Positions 10,950 through 24,773 of a DNA stretch of 34,653 bases are shown in pieces (the first letter of the stretch is position 1; each line of letters opens with the position of its first letter). The notes beneath the pieces were generated by a model, which saw only the letters and a program-made list of their open reading frames with translations, did no database searches and was not told the origin of the DNA. The DNA is from Chiloscyllium plagiosum (lineage: Eukaryota): NCBI RefSeq assembly GCF_004010195.1, contig NW_025214638.1, forward strand, positions 13,209 through 47,861, written 5' to 3'. The position numbers and the translations under genes are program-made.

Positions 10950-11660
10950 TATACACGCACATGAATCCATGTAAGACTCTATTAACTCATTTTTAAGATT
11001 AGAATCAGTCTAAATATTATGGCACAGACAGCAACACACAGGAGCTAATACCTTTACCTTATTACCTGAGGTGACGCCAGTTGTTAAAGTTGATCAAGGA
11101 ATATAGGCACGGTGGCAGAGTGGTTAGCACTACTACCTCACAGCAATAAAAACACGGGTTCAATTCCCACCTCAGGCCACTGACTGTGTGGAGTTTGCAC
11201 GTTCTCCCCGTGTCTGCGTGCATTCCTTTGGGGTGCTCCGGTTTCCTCCCACAGTCCCAAAATGTGCAGGTTATGAAAGTTAGCCATGTTAAATTGCCCG
11301 TAGTGTTAGGGGCAGGGATAAATCTACGGGAATAAGTCGGCGTGGTTTGTGCGTTCGTGTGGACTTGTTGGGCCTAAGGGCCTGCGTCCACACTCTAAAT
11401 AAACTAAAAAAATATTTTGTGATTTACATATGAAAGAAGTGGAACTAACATGGCCATTTTAACAGATGAGTTACTTAACAAACAATAAAGGTATTTTTCA
11501 ATGTATAATTTCAGTTACATAACAGTGTAAACATTTGCTATAAATTCTGTGTCTTACAATTGTGTACTCCACAACCATCTGATGAAGGAGTGGCGTTCCG
11601 AAAGCTGGTGCTTCCAATTAAACCTGTTGAACTATAACCTGGTGTCGTGTGATTTTTAAC
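10950..11660 (+). mobile_element. Penelope family B 3' UTR/pLTR (hammerhead 11576-11610 with non-cleavable UG), interrupted by a SINE
   Basis: Collinear with 26420-27057; ends GATTTTTAAC. Confidence 0.85.
11106..11405 (+). mobile_element. V-SINE (HE1-like)
   Basis: GGCACGGTGGCAGAGTGG, GGTTCAATTCC, V core. Confidence 0.9.
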
Positions 11661-13305
11661 TTTTTTTCAAGGGTTGTAAGGTTGATGTGAACAAAACCTT
11701 CTAGTGCACAAACATTGACTTATCCAAAAACACAGATATTAACAATAGCATCTTAACTTTTGTTATACAATCACCAGGAAGCAAATGTGCATTCAAACCA
11801 GACCACAAATTTAACCTGTCCACAAGCTTCAGGGAATCAGCACTGAGTCAGTTTCTGTCTCTCTCTCGCTCTCTTACACACTCAGTTTCCTTTGAACACT
11901 TGTAGTTTGTAGTTATTAACATGAGCAGTATAACCTGCACTGAAATATAAATAGCTGTCTGAATTTACCCTGTATATTGTACTTATTGACATGAACAGGA
12001 TACCCTGCACTAAACAGGAAATAGCTCTCTGAGTTTATCCAGTTGTTTGTACTTATTGACAGAGTACTGTACCCTGCACTGTCCTGTAAAAACTGGAAAT
12101 AGCTGTCTGGGTTAACCCTGTAGTTTGTAGTTATTGACTTGATCAGTATAACCTGTACTAAAGTGGAAAAAGCTGTCTGAGTTAACCCTGTAGTTTGTAG
12201 TTATTAACATAGGCACTATAACCTGTACTGAACATTAAATAGCATTCTCAGTTTAAGCTGTAATTTATTGTTATTGACATGAGCAGTATATCCTGCACTG
12301 AAGTATAAATAGGTGCATGAATTTGCCTTGTAGTTTGGAGGTATTGACTTGATCTGTATAACTCACACCAAAGTGGAAAAAGCTGTCTGAGTTAACCCTG
12401 TAGTTTGTAGTTATTGACATGATCAGTATAACCTACATTGATCTGTAACTAGCTGTCTGATTTTATCCTGTAGTTTGTAGTTATTGACATGTGCAGTATA
12501 TCCTGCATTGAAATATAAATACCTGTCACATTTACGCTGTAGTGGGTATTTATTGACAAGAGCAGTATATCCTGCACTGAACTGTAAATAGCCCAAATGA
12601 GGTAAACCTATAGTCTGTAATTAATAACATGAGTAGTATATCTTGCACTGAGTCTACTTTGTAGCTTGTAGTTATTAAAATAAATGGTATACCCTGTTCT
12701 GAACTGTAAATAGCTGCCTGATTTACCTTTAATCTGTAGGTATTGACATGAGCAGTCTACTTTGCACTGAATTGCAAATATCTGAGTTTACCTTGTTGTT
12801 TTGTAGTTATTGACATGAGCAGCATACCCTGCACTGAATTGCAAATATCTTTCTCAGTTTACCCAGTACTTTGTAGTTCTTGACATGAGCTGTATAACCT
12901 GTGATGAACTGTAAATAGCTGTCTATTTCACCCTACAGTTTGACAAGTACAGTATACCCTGCACTGAATTGCAAATACCTCTGTGAGGTTATCCTGTGGT
13001 TTATAGTTATTGCCATGAACAGTTTAACCTGCACATAATTGTAAGCAGATGTCTGAGTTTACACTGTAATTATTAGTTATTGACATGAGAGTTTACCTTG
13101 CACTGAACAGTCAGTAGCTTTCTAAGTTTATCCTGCAGTTTGTAGGTATTGTCATGAGCAGGATACCCTGCACTGAACTGTAAATAGCTCTCTGAGGTTA
13201 CTCTGCAGTTTGCAGTTATTGACATGAGCAGTATATCCTGTACTGAACTGTAAATAGCTATCTGAGTTTAACCTGTAGTTTGTAGTTATTGTCATGAGTA
13301 GAATA

Positions 13306-13587
13306 GCTGAAAATGTGTTGCTGGAAAAGCACAGCAGATCAGGCAGCATCCAGGGAACAGGCGAATCGACGTTTCGGGCATAAGCCCTTCTTCAGGAATG
13401 AGGAAAGTTTGTCCAGCAGGCTAGTCCCTCCTCCCTACCTTTTATCTTAGCCTGCTGGACAAACTTTCCTCATTCCTGAAGAAGGGCTTATGCCCGAAAC
13501 GTCGATTCCCCTGTTCCCTGGATGCTGCCTGACCTGCTGCGCTTTTCCAGCAACACATTTTCAGCATCTGCAGACCTCACTTTCTCC
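13306..13587. mobile_element. Non-coding Penelope family A inverted pLTR mini-element with two intact hammerheads
   Basis: Arms 13306-13423 and 13448-13565; hammerheads at 13364-13399 (-) and 13472-13507 (+); 14-bp TSD TCATGAGTAGAATA (13292-13305, 13588-13601). Confidence 0.9.
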
Positions 13588-15757
13588 TCATGAGTAGAAT
13601 AACCAGGACTGAACTGTAAATAGCTTTCTGAGATTACCCTGTAGTTTGTAGTTATTGACATGATCAGTATAACCTGCACTGAATGGTAAATCAATTTCTG
13701 GGTTTACCCTGCAGTTTGTAATTATTGACATGAACAGTCTACCCTGCACTGAACAGTGATAGCTTGCTGTGTTTACCTTGTAGTTTGTAGTTATTGGTAC
13801 AAGCAGTATAACCCACATTGAACTGTAAATACCTGTAACGTTTACCTTGCAGTTTGTTGTATTTGACATGATCAGTATACTCTGCACTGAAGTGTAAATA
13901 GCTGTCTGAGATTTAGTTGTAGTTTGTAGATATTGACATTAGCAGGATGCACTGCATAGTCCTGTAAATAGCTGTTTGGGTGTCCCTGTAGATTGTAATT
14001 ATTGCCATGAGCAGTACAACCTGCACTGAATTGCAAATAACTGACTGAGATTACCCGGTAGTTTGTAATTATTGACATAAGCAGTATAACCAGCATTGAA
14101 CTGTAAATATCTGTCAGGTTCACCCCACAGTTTGTAGTATTTGATCAGTATAGTCTGCCCTGAAGCGTAAATATCTGTTTGAGTTTTACTTGTAGTTTTT
14201 AGATATTAACATGAGTAGAATACAATGCACTGAACTGTAAATAGATGTCTGGGATAATCCTGTAATTTGTAGTTATTGACGTAAGCAGTTTAACCTGCAC
14301 TGAGCTGCAAATAGATGTCCGGGTTTACCCTGTAGTTTGTAGTTATTGACATGAGCAGTCTACACTGCACTGAACTGTAAATATCTGTCTGTGTTTACCT
14401 TGTAATTTGTAGTTATTGACATCAGCAGTATTCCTTGAACTGAACGGTGAATATCTTTCTGAGTTTACCCAGTACTTTATAGTTATTGACATGAGGACTT
14501 TCACCAGCACTGAATTGTAAATAGCTGTCTGAATTTACCCTGTAGTTTGTAGTTATTGACGTGAGCAATATAAACTGCGCTGAACTGTAACTATAACTGT
14601 AGATTACCCTGTACTTTGTAGTTATTGACATTACCCTGCACTGAACTGTAAATACCTCACTGAGGTAACTGTGAAGTTTGTAGTTATGGACATGAGCAGT
14701 TTAACCTGTTCTTAAATGTAAATAGATATCTGAGTTTACTATGTAATTGTTAGTTATTGACATGAGCAGTATATCCTGCACTGAACTGTAAATAGCTATC
14801 TGAGTTTACCGTGTAATTGTTGTTATTAACAAGAGCAGTGTAAACTTGCAGTGAACTGTAACTGGCTTTCTGTGTTTACCCTGTAGATTGTAGTTATTGA
14901 CATGAGCAGTATAACCTGCATTGAACTATAATTAGCTTTCTCAGTACACGCTGTAATTTGTAGCTATTGTCATGAGCAGAATAACCAACACTGAAATGTA
15001 AATAGCTTTCTGAGATTACCCTGTAGTTTGAAATTATTGACATGAGCAGTATATCCTGCACTGAACTGTAAATCACTGTCTGTGTTTATCCTGTCATTTG
15101 TCGTTATTATGATGAGCAGTATAACCTGCACTGAAGTGTAAATAGCTCTCTGAGTCTACCCTGTAGTTTGTCATTATTAACATGAACAGTATACCCTGCA
15201 CTGAAATGTAAATAGCTCTCTGAGTTTACCCTGTAGTTTGTCATTATTAACATGAACAGTATACCCTGCACTAAACGGAAAATAGCTGTCCGGGTTTACT
15301 CGCTTGTAGTTATTGACATGATCAGTATACCTGCACTGAAGAGTAATTGGCTGACCTTTGCTTGCCGTTTGTAGTTATTGACATGAGCAGTATACCGTGT
15401 ACTGAACTGTAAATAGCAGTCTGAGTTTACCCTGTAATTTGTAGTTATTGACATGAGCAGTAGAACCCACACTGAACTTTTAGTAACTGACTGAGAATTC
15501 TCTGTGATTTGTAGTTATTAGCATGAGCAGTATAACCTGCACTCAACTGTAAATAGCTCTCTGGATTTAGCCTGTAGTTTGTCATTATTTACATGAACAG
15601 CATGCCCTGCACTGAACTGAAAATATCTGTCTGAATTTACCCAGTAGTTTGCAGTTATTGACATGAGCAGTATACCTTGCACTGAGGAATAAATAGCTTT
15701 CTATGTTTAACCTGAAGTTTGTAGTTATTGACGTGAACATGCACTGAACTCCAAATA

Positions 15758-16482
15758 AAGAAGAACAAATAACAAAGAAAATTTAAGGCCCAGGAACAGG
15801 CCCCTCAGCCCTCCAAGCCTGAGCCAATCCAAATCTACTATCTAAACCTATCGCCCAATTCCTAAGCATCTGTATCCCTCTGATCCCCACCTACTCTGCA
15901 TCTGTCCAGTTGCATCTTAAGTGAATTTACCATGCCTTCCTCTACTACCTCTGCTTGCATCGCGGTTCAGGCTCATATCGCCCTCTGTGTAAAGTACTTG
16001 CCGCGTGTATCCCCCCTAAACTTATCACCTCTCACCTTGAAAGCGTGAATCCTTCAACCTGGGAAAATGCTTATCTCTATATACCCTGTCTATACCCTTC
16101 ATGATTTTGTAGGCCTCAATCAGGACCCCCTCAATCTCCTTTCTTCTAAAGAAAACAAACCTAACCAACTCAACCTCTCTTCATATCTAACACCTTTAAC
16201 ACCAGGCAACATCCTTGTAAACTTCCTCTTCACCCTCTCCAATGTGTCCACATCCTTATGGTAATGTGGCGACCAGAACTGTACACAGTATTCTAAATGT
16301 GGTTGAATCAATATTGTGTATAATTTTAACATGACCTACCAGCTCTTTCACTCAATACCCTGTCAGATGAAGGGGAGCATACCATATGCCTTCCTGACCA
16401 CCCTATCCACCTCTGTAGCAAACAATGGACCTGAACTCCCAGATCTCTCTGCTCATCAACTTTTCCCAAGTCTCTTCTATTT
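15758..16482 (-). mobile_element. CR1-like LINE 3' fragment inserted in the satellite
   Basis: LYTILIQPHLEYCVQFWSPHY..ERVKRKFTRMLPG; 3' UTR toward 15760. Confidence 0.9.
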
Positions 16483-19292
16483 AACTGTCTGAGAATTCTC
16501 TGTAATTTGCAGTTGTTGGTGTGAGCAGTATGTACTGCATTGAACTTAAAATAATTCCCTGAGGTTACCCTGTAGTTTGTCGTTATTTACTTGAGCAGGA
16601 TACCTTGCATTGAACTGTACATAGCTGTCTGAGATTACCCTGTAATTATTAGTTATTGACATGTGCAGTACACTCTGCACTGAAATGTAAACAGCTGTCT
16701 GAGTTTACACTGAAGTTTGTAGTTATTGACATGAGCAGTAGAACCAGCATTGAACTGTAAATTGATGTCTGATATTACCCTGTAGTTTGTAGTTATTGAC
16801 ATGAGCAGTATGCCCTGCACTGAACTGTAATTAGCTGTTTGATATTACCCTTTAGTTTGTAGTTATTAATATGAGCAGTATGACCCACACTGAACTGTAA
16901 ATAGCTGTCTGAGTTTACCCTGTATTTTGTAGTTATTGACATGAACGGTATAACCTGCTGTGAACTGTAAATAGCTGTCAAGTTTACTCTGTAGTTTGTA
17001 GCAATTGATATGAGCAGTATACTCTGCACTGAAGCGTAAATAGCTGTCTGAGTTTTACTTGTAATTTGTAGACATTGACATGAGCGGTCTACTCTGCACT
17101 GAACTTTAAATAGCTGACTGAGTTTTCCATATAGTTTGTGGTTATTGACATGTGCAATATCACTTGCACTGAACTGTAAATAGCTGTCTGAGTTTACCCT
17201 GTAGTTTGTAGTTATTGACATGGGCCGTATAACCTGCATTGAATGATAAAAGGCTTTCTGACTTTATGCTTTAATTTGTAGTTATTAACATGAGCTGTAT
17301 AACCTGCACTAAACTGTAAATATCTCCCAGCATCTACCCTGTAGTTTGTCATTATTAACATGAGCAATATAATCTGCACTGAACGGTAAATAACTATCTA
17401 AGTTTACCCTGTAGTTTGTAATTTTGACATGAGCAGTACAACTGGCACATGAACTGTAAATAGCTGTCTGAGTTTGCCCTGAAGTTTGTAGTTATTGACA
17501 TGAGCAATATACCCTGCACTGAACTGTAATTAGCTGTCTGATATTACCCTTTAGTTTGTAGTTATTAACATGAGCAGTATGACCCACACTGAACTGTAAA
17601 TAGCTGTCTGAGTTTGCCCTGAAGTTTGTAGTTATTGACATGAGCAGTATACCCTGCACTGAACTGTAATTAGCTGTCTGATATTCCCCTTTAGTTTGTA
17701 GTTATTAACATGAGCAGTATGACCCACACTGAACTGTAAATAGCTGTCTGAGTTTACGCTGTAGTTTGTATTTATTGACATGAGCGGGATAACCTGCACT
17801 GAACTGTAAATTACTGCCTAAGTTTATCTTGTAGTTTGTAGTTACTGAATTGAACTCTATAACCTGCACTGAACTGTAAATAGGTCTCTGAGTTTGCCTT
17901 GTAAGTTTGTAGTTATGAACTTGAGCAGTATATCCTGCACTGAAGGGTAAATGACTCTCTGAGGTAACCTTGTGCTTTATAATTATTAACATGAGTAGTA
18001 TACTCTGCAATGAACTGTAAATAGCTATCTGTGTTTACCCTGCAGTTTGTAGATATTATCCTGAGCAGTATAATCTGCATTGAACTCTAAATAGCTGTCA
18101 TGTTTACCCTGTAATTTGTAGTGAGCAGTATACTTTGCACTGAAATGTAAATAGCGGTGTTTTACTTGCGGTTTGTAGTTCCTGACAGGAGCAGTACACC
18201 CTGCAGTGAACTGTAAATAGTTGTCTGAATTTATCTGTAGTTTGTAGTTATTGAAATGAGCAGAATATCCTGCACGTAAGTGGAAATAGCTTTCTGGATT
18301 TACCCTGTAATTTGTAGTTATTGACATGATCAATATAACCAGCACTAAACTGTAATAACTTTCTGAGGTTACCCTGTCATTTGTAGTTATTAACATAAGC
18401 TGTATAACCCGCACTGAACTTTAAATAACTGTCTGAGTTTACCCTGTAGCTTGTAGTTATTGACATGAGCAGTATATCCTGCACTGAACTGTAAATACAT
18501 GTCTGGGTTTATCTTGTTGTTTGTAGTTATGAATATGTGTACTGAATTGTAAATAGCTCTCTGAATTTATCCTATAGTTTCTAGTTATTGACATGATCAG
18601 CATAACCCGCACTAAACTGTAAATAGCTTTGTGAGATTACCCTGTCATTTGTAGTTATTAACATGAGCTGTATAACCCGCACTGAACTTTAAATAGCTGT
18701 CTGAGTTTACCATGTAGTTTGTAGTTGTTGACATGAGCAGTATACCCTGCACTGAAATATAAATAAGTGTCTGAGCTTACCCTGTCATTTGTAGTTGTTG
18801 ACATGGTAAAACCTGCAGCAAACTGAAAGTACTGTGTTTACCTTGTAGTTTGTAGTTATTAACATGAGTATTTTCACCTGCACTGAACTGTAAATAGCTC
18901 GCTGAGTTTACCCTGTAGTTTGTGGTTTTTGACATGAGTAATATACCCTGAACTGAACTCTAAATTCCTGTCTGAATTTACTCTGTCATTTGTAGTTATT
19001 GACATGATCTTTATACTCTGCACTGAACTGTAAATAGCTGTCTGAGTTTACCCTATAATTTGCAGTTATTGGTTTGAGCAGTATAACCTGCATGGAAGTG
19101 TAACTTGCTGTCTGACTTTACCTTGTCATGAGTGGTTATTAACATGAGCAGTATATCCTGAGCTGAACTGAAAATAGCTCTCTGGTGTAAATCTGAACTT
19201 TGTCGTTATTAATATGAGCAGAATACACTGTACTGAAGTGTAAATACCCCTCTGAGTTTATCTTGCAGTTTGTAGTTATTAACATGAGCAGT

Positions 19293-20445
19293 GCTGAAAA
19301 TGTGTTGCTGGAAAAGCGCAGCAGGTCAGGCAGCATCCAGGGAACAGGAGAATCGACGTTTCGGGCATAAGCCCTTCTTCAGGAATGAGGAAAGTTTGTC
19401 CAGCAGGCTAAGATAAAAGGTAGGGAGGAGGGACTTGGGGGAGGGGCGTCGGAAATGTGATAGGTGGAAAGAGGTCAAGGTGAGGGTGATAGGTCAGACG
19501 GGGGTGGGGGCGGAGAGGTCGGGAAGAAGATTGCAGGTTAGGAAGGCGGTGCTGAGTTCGATGGATTTGACTGANNNNNNNNNNNNNNNNNNNNNNNNNN
19601 NNNNNNNNNNNNNNNNNNNNNNNNNNNNNNNNNNNNNNNNNNNNNNNNNNNNNNNNNNNNNNNNNNNNNNNNNNNNNNNNNNNNNNNNNNNNNNNNNNNN
19701 NNNNNNNNNNNNNNNNNNNNNNNNNNNNNNNNNNNNNNNNNNNNNNNNNNNNNNNNNNNNNNNNNNNNNNNNNNNNNNNNNNNNNNNNNNNNNNNNNNNN
19801 NNNGCAGGGGAAGGTGCGGGGAGTGGAGGTTGGGTTGGTGGGGGGTGTGGATCTGACGAGGGAGTCACGGAGGGAGTGGTCTTTACGGAATGCTGATAGG
19901 GGAGGGGAGGGAAATATATCCTTGGTGGTGGGGTCCGTTTGGAGGTGGCGGAAATGACGGCGGATGATGCGCTGTACATGGAGATTGGTGGGGTGGTAGG
20001 TGTGGACCAGTGGGGTTCTGTCCTGGTGGCGGTTGGAGGGGCGGGGCTCAAGGGCGGAGGAGCGGGAAGTGGAAACGGTGGAGGGCATCGTCGACACGTC
20101 GGGGGGAAATTGCGGTCCTTGAAGAAGGAGGCCATCTGGGTTGTACGTTTTTGGAACTGGTCCTCCTGGGAGCAGATGCAGCGGAGTCGAAGGAATTGGG
20201 AGAATGGGATGGCGTTTTTACAGGGGGCAGGGTGGGAGGAGGTGTAGTCCAGGTAGCTGTGGGAGTCGGTCGGTTTGTAGTAGATGTCCGTGTTGATTCG
20301 GTCGTCTGAGATAGAAATAGAAAGATCGAGGAAGGAGAGGGAGGAATCTGAGACTGTCCAAGTGAATTTGAGGTCGGGGTGGAAGGTGTTGGTGAAGTGG
20401 ATGAACTGTTCAACCTCCTCATGTGAGCACGAGGCGGCGCCGTAT
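19293..20445 (-). mobile_element. Penelope family A, 5'-truncated (RT thumb to pLTR; N-gap 19575-19803)
   Basis: FLDLSI..TDIYYKPTDSHSYLDYTSSHP..KNAIPFSQFLRLR.ICS; intact hammerhead at 19351-19386; flanking ATGAGCAGT duplication. Confidence 0.9.
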
Positions 20446-23400
20446 ATGAGCAGCATATGAGCAGTATATGCTACATTGAACTGTAAATAGCTGTCTGAGT
20501 TTACCCTGTATTTTGTTGTCATTGACATGTGCAGTATATACTGCACTAAACTGCAAATAGCTGTCAGTGTTTACTCTGTAGTTTATCATTATTGACATGC
20601 GCTGTGTACCCTCCCCAAACTGTAAATAACTCTCAGATTTTACTCTATAGTTCGTAGTTATAATCATGAGCGGTACTGCACTGAACTATAAGTAGCTATC
20701 TGAGTTTACCTTGTAGTTTGTAGTCATTGACATCAATCATATAGTGAACTGTAAATATTTGTCTGAGTTTACTCTGTAGTATGTACTTGCTAACATGAGC
20801 AGTGTATCCTGCATTGAACTCTAACTAGCTGTCTGAGTTTACCTTGTAGTTTGTAGTCATTGTTATGAGCAGTACGAGCACCGAACTCTAAATAGCTGTT
20901 TGAGTTTACCCTGTAGTTTGTAACTATTGACTTGAGCAGTATTACCTGCACTGAAATATAAATAGCTGTCTGAATTTACCCTGTAGTTTCTAGTTATTGA
21001 CATGAGCAGTATATGCTGCACTGAACTGTAAATTTCTGTCTGACTCATAGAGTCATAGAGTTATACAGCACGGAAACAGACCCTTCGGTCCAATTCGTCC
21101 ATACCAACCAGATATCCCAACCCAATCTAGTCCCACGCCCAACAGCTGGCCCATATCCCTCGAAACCCTTCCTCTTCATATACCCATCCAAATGTCTTTT
21201 AATTGTTCCAATTGTACTCACCTCCACCAGTTCCTCTAGCAGCCCATTCCACACATGCACCACTCTCTGCATTAAAGTTTTTCCCCTTAGGACTCTTATA
21301 TCTTTCCCCTCTCACTCCTCCACAAGCCCAGGGAAAACACCTTGTCCATTTATCCTATCCATACTTCTCATGATTTTATAAACCTCGATAAGGTCACCCC
21401 TCAGCCAACGACACTCCAGGGAAAGCAGTCCTAACCTATTCAACCTCTTCCTATAGCTCATGTCCTTCAAACCTGGCAACTTCCTTGTAAATCTTTTCTG
21501 AACCCTTTCAAGTTTCACAACATCCTTCCAATAGGAAGGAGACCAGAATTGCACGCAATATTCCAAAATGACTGAACCAATGTTCTGTGTGGCTGCAACA
21601 TGATCTCCCAACTTCTGTAGTCAATACTCTGACCAACAGAGGAAAGCAAGCCAAACACCTTCTTCACTATTCTATCTATCTGCGACTCTACTTTCAAGGA
21701 GCTATGAAAATGCACTCCAAGCTCCCTCTGTTCAGCAACACTCCCTAGGATCTTACCATTAAGTATATACGTCCTGCTCTGATTTGCTTTCCCAAAATGC
21801 AACACCTCCCATATTACTAATTTAAACTCCATCTGCTACTCCTCAGTCCATTGACTCATCTGATCAAGATCCCATTGTAATGCAAGGTAACCTTCTTCGT
21901 TATCACTATGCCTCCAATTTTAGTGTCATCAGCAAACTTACTAACTATACCTCATCAGTTCACATCCAAATACTTTGTACAAATGACGAAGAGGAGTGGA
22001 CCCAGCACCAACCCTTGTGGCACTCCATTGGTCACTGGCCTCCAATCTGAAAAACAACCCTCCACCGTCACTGCCTGTCTTCTACCTTTGAGCCAGTTCT
22101 GTATCCAAGTGGTGAGTTCTCCCTGTATTCCGTGAGATCTAACCTTACTTACCAGTCTCCCATGGGCATTTTTGTTGAACGCTTTACTGAAGTCCATATA
22201 GATCACGTGTACCACTCTGCCCTCATCAATCCTCTTTGTAACTTCTTCAAAAAGCTCAATCAAATTTGTGAGGCATGATTTCCCACGCACAAAGCCATGT
22301 TGATTATCCCTAATCAGTCCATGCCTTTCCAAATACATGTACATCCTCTCCCTCAGGATTCCCTCCAACAACTTACCCACCACCAAAGTCAGGCTCACTG
22401 GTCTACAGTTCCTTGGCTTCTCCTTACCACATTTCTTAAATAGTGGCACCACGTTTTCCAGCCTCCAGTCTTCCGGCACCTCACCTGTGACTATCGATGA
22501 TACAAATATCTCAGCAAAGGGCCCAGCAATCACTTCCTTCGCTTTCCACAGAATTATAGGATACACGTGATCAGGTTCTGGGGATTTATCCCCTTTTATG
22601 CGTTTCAAGACACCCATCACTTCCTCCTCTGTAATATGGACATTTTTCAAGATGTCACCATCTGTTTCCCTACATTCTATATCTTACACGTCCTTTTCCA
22701 AAGTAAGTACTAATGCAAAGTACTCATTTAGTATTTCTCTCATTTTCTGCAGCTCCACACAAAGGCCACTTTGCTGATCTTTGAAGGTCCCTATTCTCTC
22801 CCTTGTTACCTTTTTGTCCTTAATGTATTTGTAAAGTGCTCCCCAATGACACCTCAGTCACCTGCCCTGCCTTATTTCCCAAGAGGTCAGGTTTTACACC
22901 TTCTCTATTAGGTTCATCCACAAACTGAATCAGAAAATTTTCAAATACGCACTTAAACTCGTCTCCTTTTAAACCCTCAATGCTATGGCAGTCTCAATCA
23001 ATGTTTGGAAAGCTAAAATCCCCTTCCATAACCACACTCATCTGACTATTAGGGGATCTATAATGCAATCCCAATAAGGTGATATTCCCTTTCTTATTTC
23101 TCAGTTCCACCCAAATAACTTCCCTGGATTATTTTCAGGAATATCCTCCCTCAGTACAGCTGTAATGCTACCCTTGTCAAAAACGCCACTCCCCCTCCTC
23201 TCTTGCTTCCCTTTCTGTCCTTCCTGCAATATTTGTATCCTGGAGCAATACTCTGCCAGTCCTGTCCACTACTGAACCATGTTTCTGTAATTGCTGTGAA
23301 GTCACAGTCCCATTTTCCTAACCGTGCCCTGAGTTCATCTGCCTTCCCTGTTAGGCCTCTTGCATTGAAATAAATGGAGTTTAATTTATCAGACCTGCCT

Positions 23401-23848
23401 CGTTCTCTGCTTTGTCCGTGCCTGCCCTGACTGTTTGACTCACTTCTTTTCTCACCTGTACCAGTCTCAGATTGATTTCTTCCCTCAATATCTCCCTGGG
23501 TCCCACCCCCCCTCCATTTTACTAGTTTAAATCCTCGCGAGCAGTTATAGTAAATCTCCCTGCCAGTATATTAGTTCCCTTACAATTTAGGTGCAATGTG
23601 ACCTTCTTGTACTTGTCATTTCTAAGCCAAAACAGATTCCAATGATCCAAAGCTGTGAATCCTTTTCCAATGCACCAGCTCCTCAGCCATGCATTCATCT
23701 GCTCTGTACCCCACATGTACCCCACAGTGCATTAGAGCCCGTATCAATACCAGAAACTTGGCTGTTTGTACTACGTTCCCCTGAGAATCCTTCACCCCCT
23801 ATATTTTCCAAAACAGCATACTTGTTTGAAATGGGGATAGTTATAGAA

Positions 23849-23968
23849 GAGGAGAAAGTGAGGACTGCACATGCTGGAGACCAGAGTCGAATTCCTGAAG
23901 AAGGGCTTATGCCCAAAACGTCGATTCTCCTGCTCCTTGGATGCTGCCTGACCTGCTGTGGTTTTCCA
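23849..23968 (+). mobile_element. Penelope family A mini-insertion (inverted tail + hammerhead with GAAA to AAAA change)
   Basis: GAGGAGAAAGTGAGG... inverted tail joined to CTGAAGAAGGGCTTATGCCCAAAACGTC; imperfect TSD ATAG(TT/CC)ATAGAA. Confidence 0.8.
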
Positions 23969-24643
23969 TAGCCATAGAATATTCCTGCACTACGTGCCTC
24001 TCTCTCTTACTTTTTCTGTAGTTAACCCGTCAATGTGACTGTATCTACAACTTTTCTCCCTTCCTATAGCTGCCATCCATCATACCTCCTTGCTCTTGTA
24101 AATTCCTCATTGCCTCTAACTCACTACAACCATTCCATTCGATCTGATAGGATTTGCAACCAACAAAATTAATTGCAGGTATAATCCTCAGTGATGCGTA
24201 CACTTTCCCTAAATTCCCACATCTGACAAGAAGAGCATATCACTCTACTAAGGGTCTTTTTTGCTTCTTCCAATCTGCACATCAAGAAAATAGCATCGTA
24301 TTATTCCTCTAAAAATCACTGCTCCAGGTTAAATTAATACTTATCGCTTACATTTTTAAGTTTAATCAAGAGACTTATCTCAATGAAACATATAAATGAG
24401 AAAGAGCCCACTCTATTCACTACTACAGTAAGGCCCCAAGACCACACTTTAAACTATTCACCTATCTGTTCCTGTGCTGTAACCTCTCCCACATAGGTTC
24501 CTCCAAGATCAGTTGTGAATTTCGCTGTTTGTTAATTTTCCCAGATACATTCCGATGTCCAATGATAAATGAATTCAACAGCAAAGGTAGTAACTGCGCA
24601 GATACACTGCAGTGTCAGTTAGCTATATGGGTTTCTTTCTCTG

Positions 24644-24773
24644 ATTCCTGATGAAGGGCTTTTGCCCGAAATGTCAATTTCGCTGCTCCTTGGATGCTGC
24701 CTGAACTGCTGTGCTCTTCCAGCACCACTAATCCAGAATCTGGTTTCCAGCATCTGCAGTCATTGTTTTTACC
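24644..24773 (+). mobile_element. 130-bp hammerhead-only Penelope (A' subfamily) insertion
   Basis: Starts 4 nt before CTGATGA; perfect 15-bp TSD GGGTTTCTTTCTCTG (24629-24643, 24774-24788). Confidence 0.9.

Larger units (their letters stand above)
11890..21043. repeat. 70-bp satellite array (~100 diverged monomers) with three TE insertions
   Basis: Consensus TGTAGTTTGTAGTTATTGACATGAGCAGTATACCCTGCACTGAACTGTAAATAGCTGTCTGAGTTTACCC; 70-bp period (e.g. 12121 and 12191). Confidence 0.95.

Noticed and set aside
19494..20546. 350-aa ORF (and 545-aa ORF at 31301) as intact genes
   Set aside because: They span N-gaps and frameshifts and join satellite or out-of-frame sequence to Penelope fragments.
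11890..21043. CRISPR-like array or repeat-protein ORFs in the satellite
   Set aside because: No unique spacers and no cas genes; the 70-bp period is not a multiple of 3, and the ORFs are chance stop-free stretches.
11890..21043. Satellite monomer as a hammerhead or as telomere-derived (TT(T/A)ACCCT)
   Set aside because: No CTGANGA/GAAA core on either strand; the telomere resemblance is 6-7 nt and opposite in orientation to the terminal tract.
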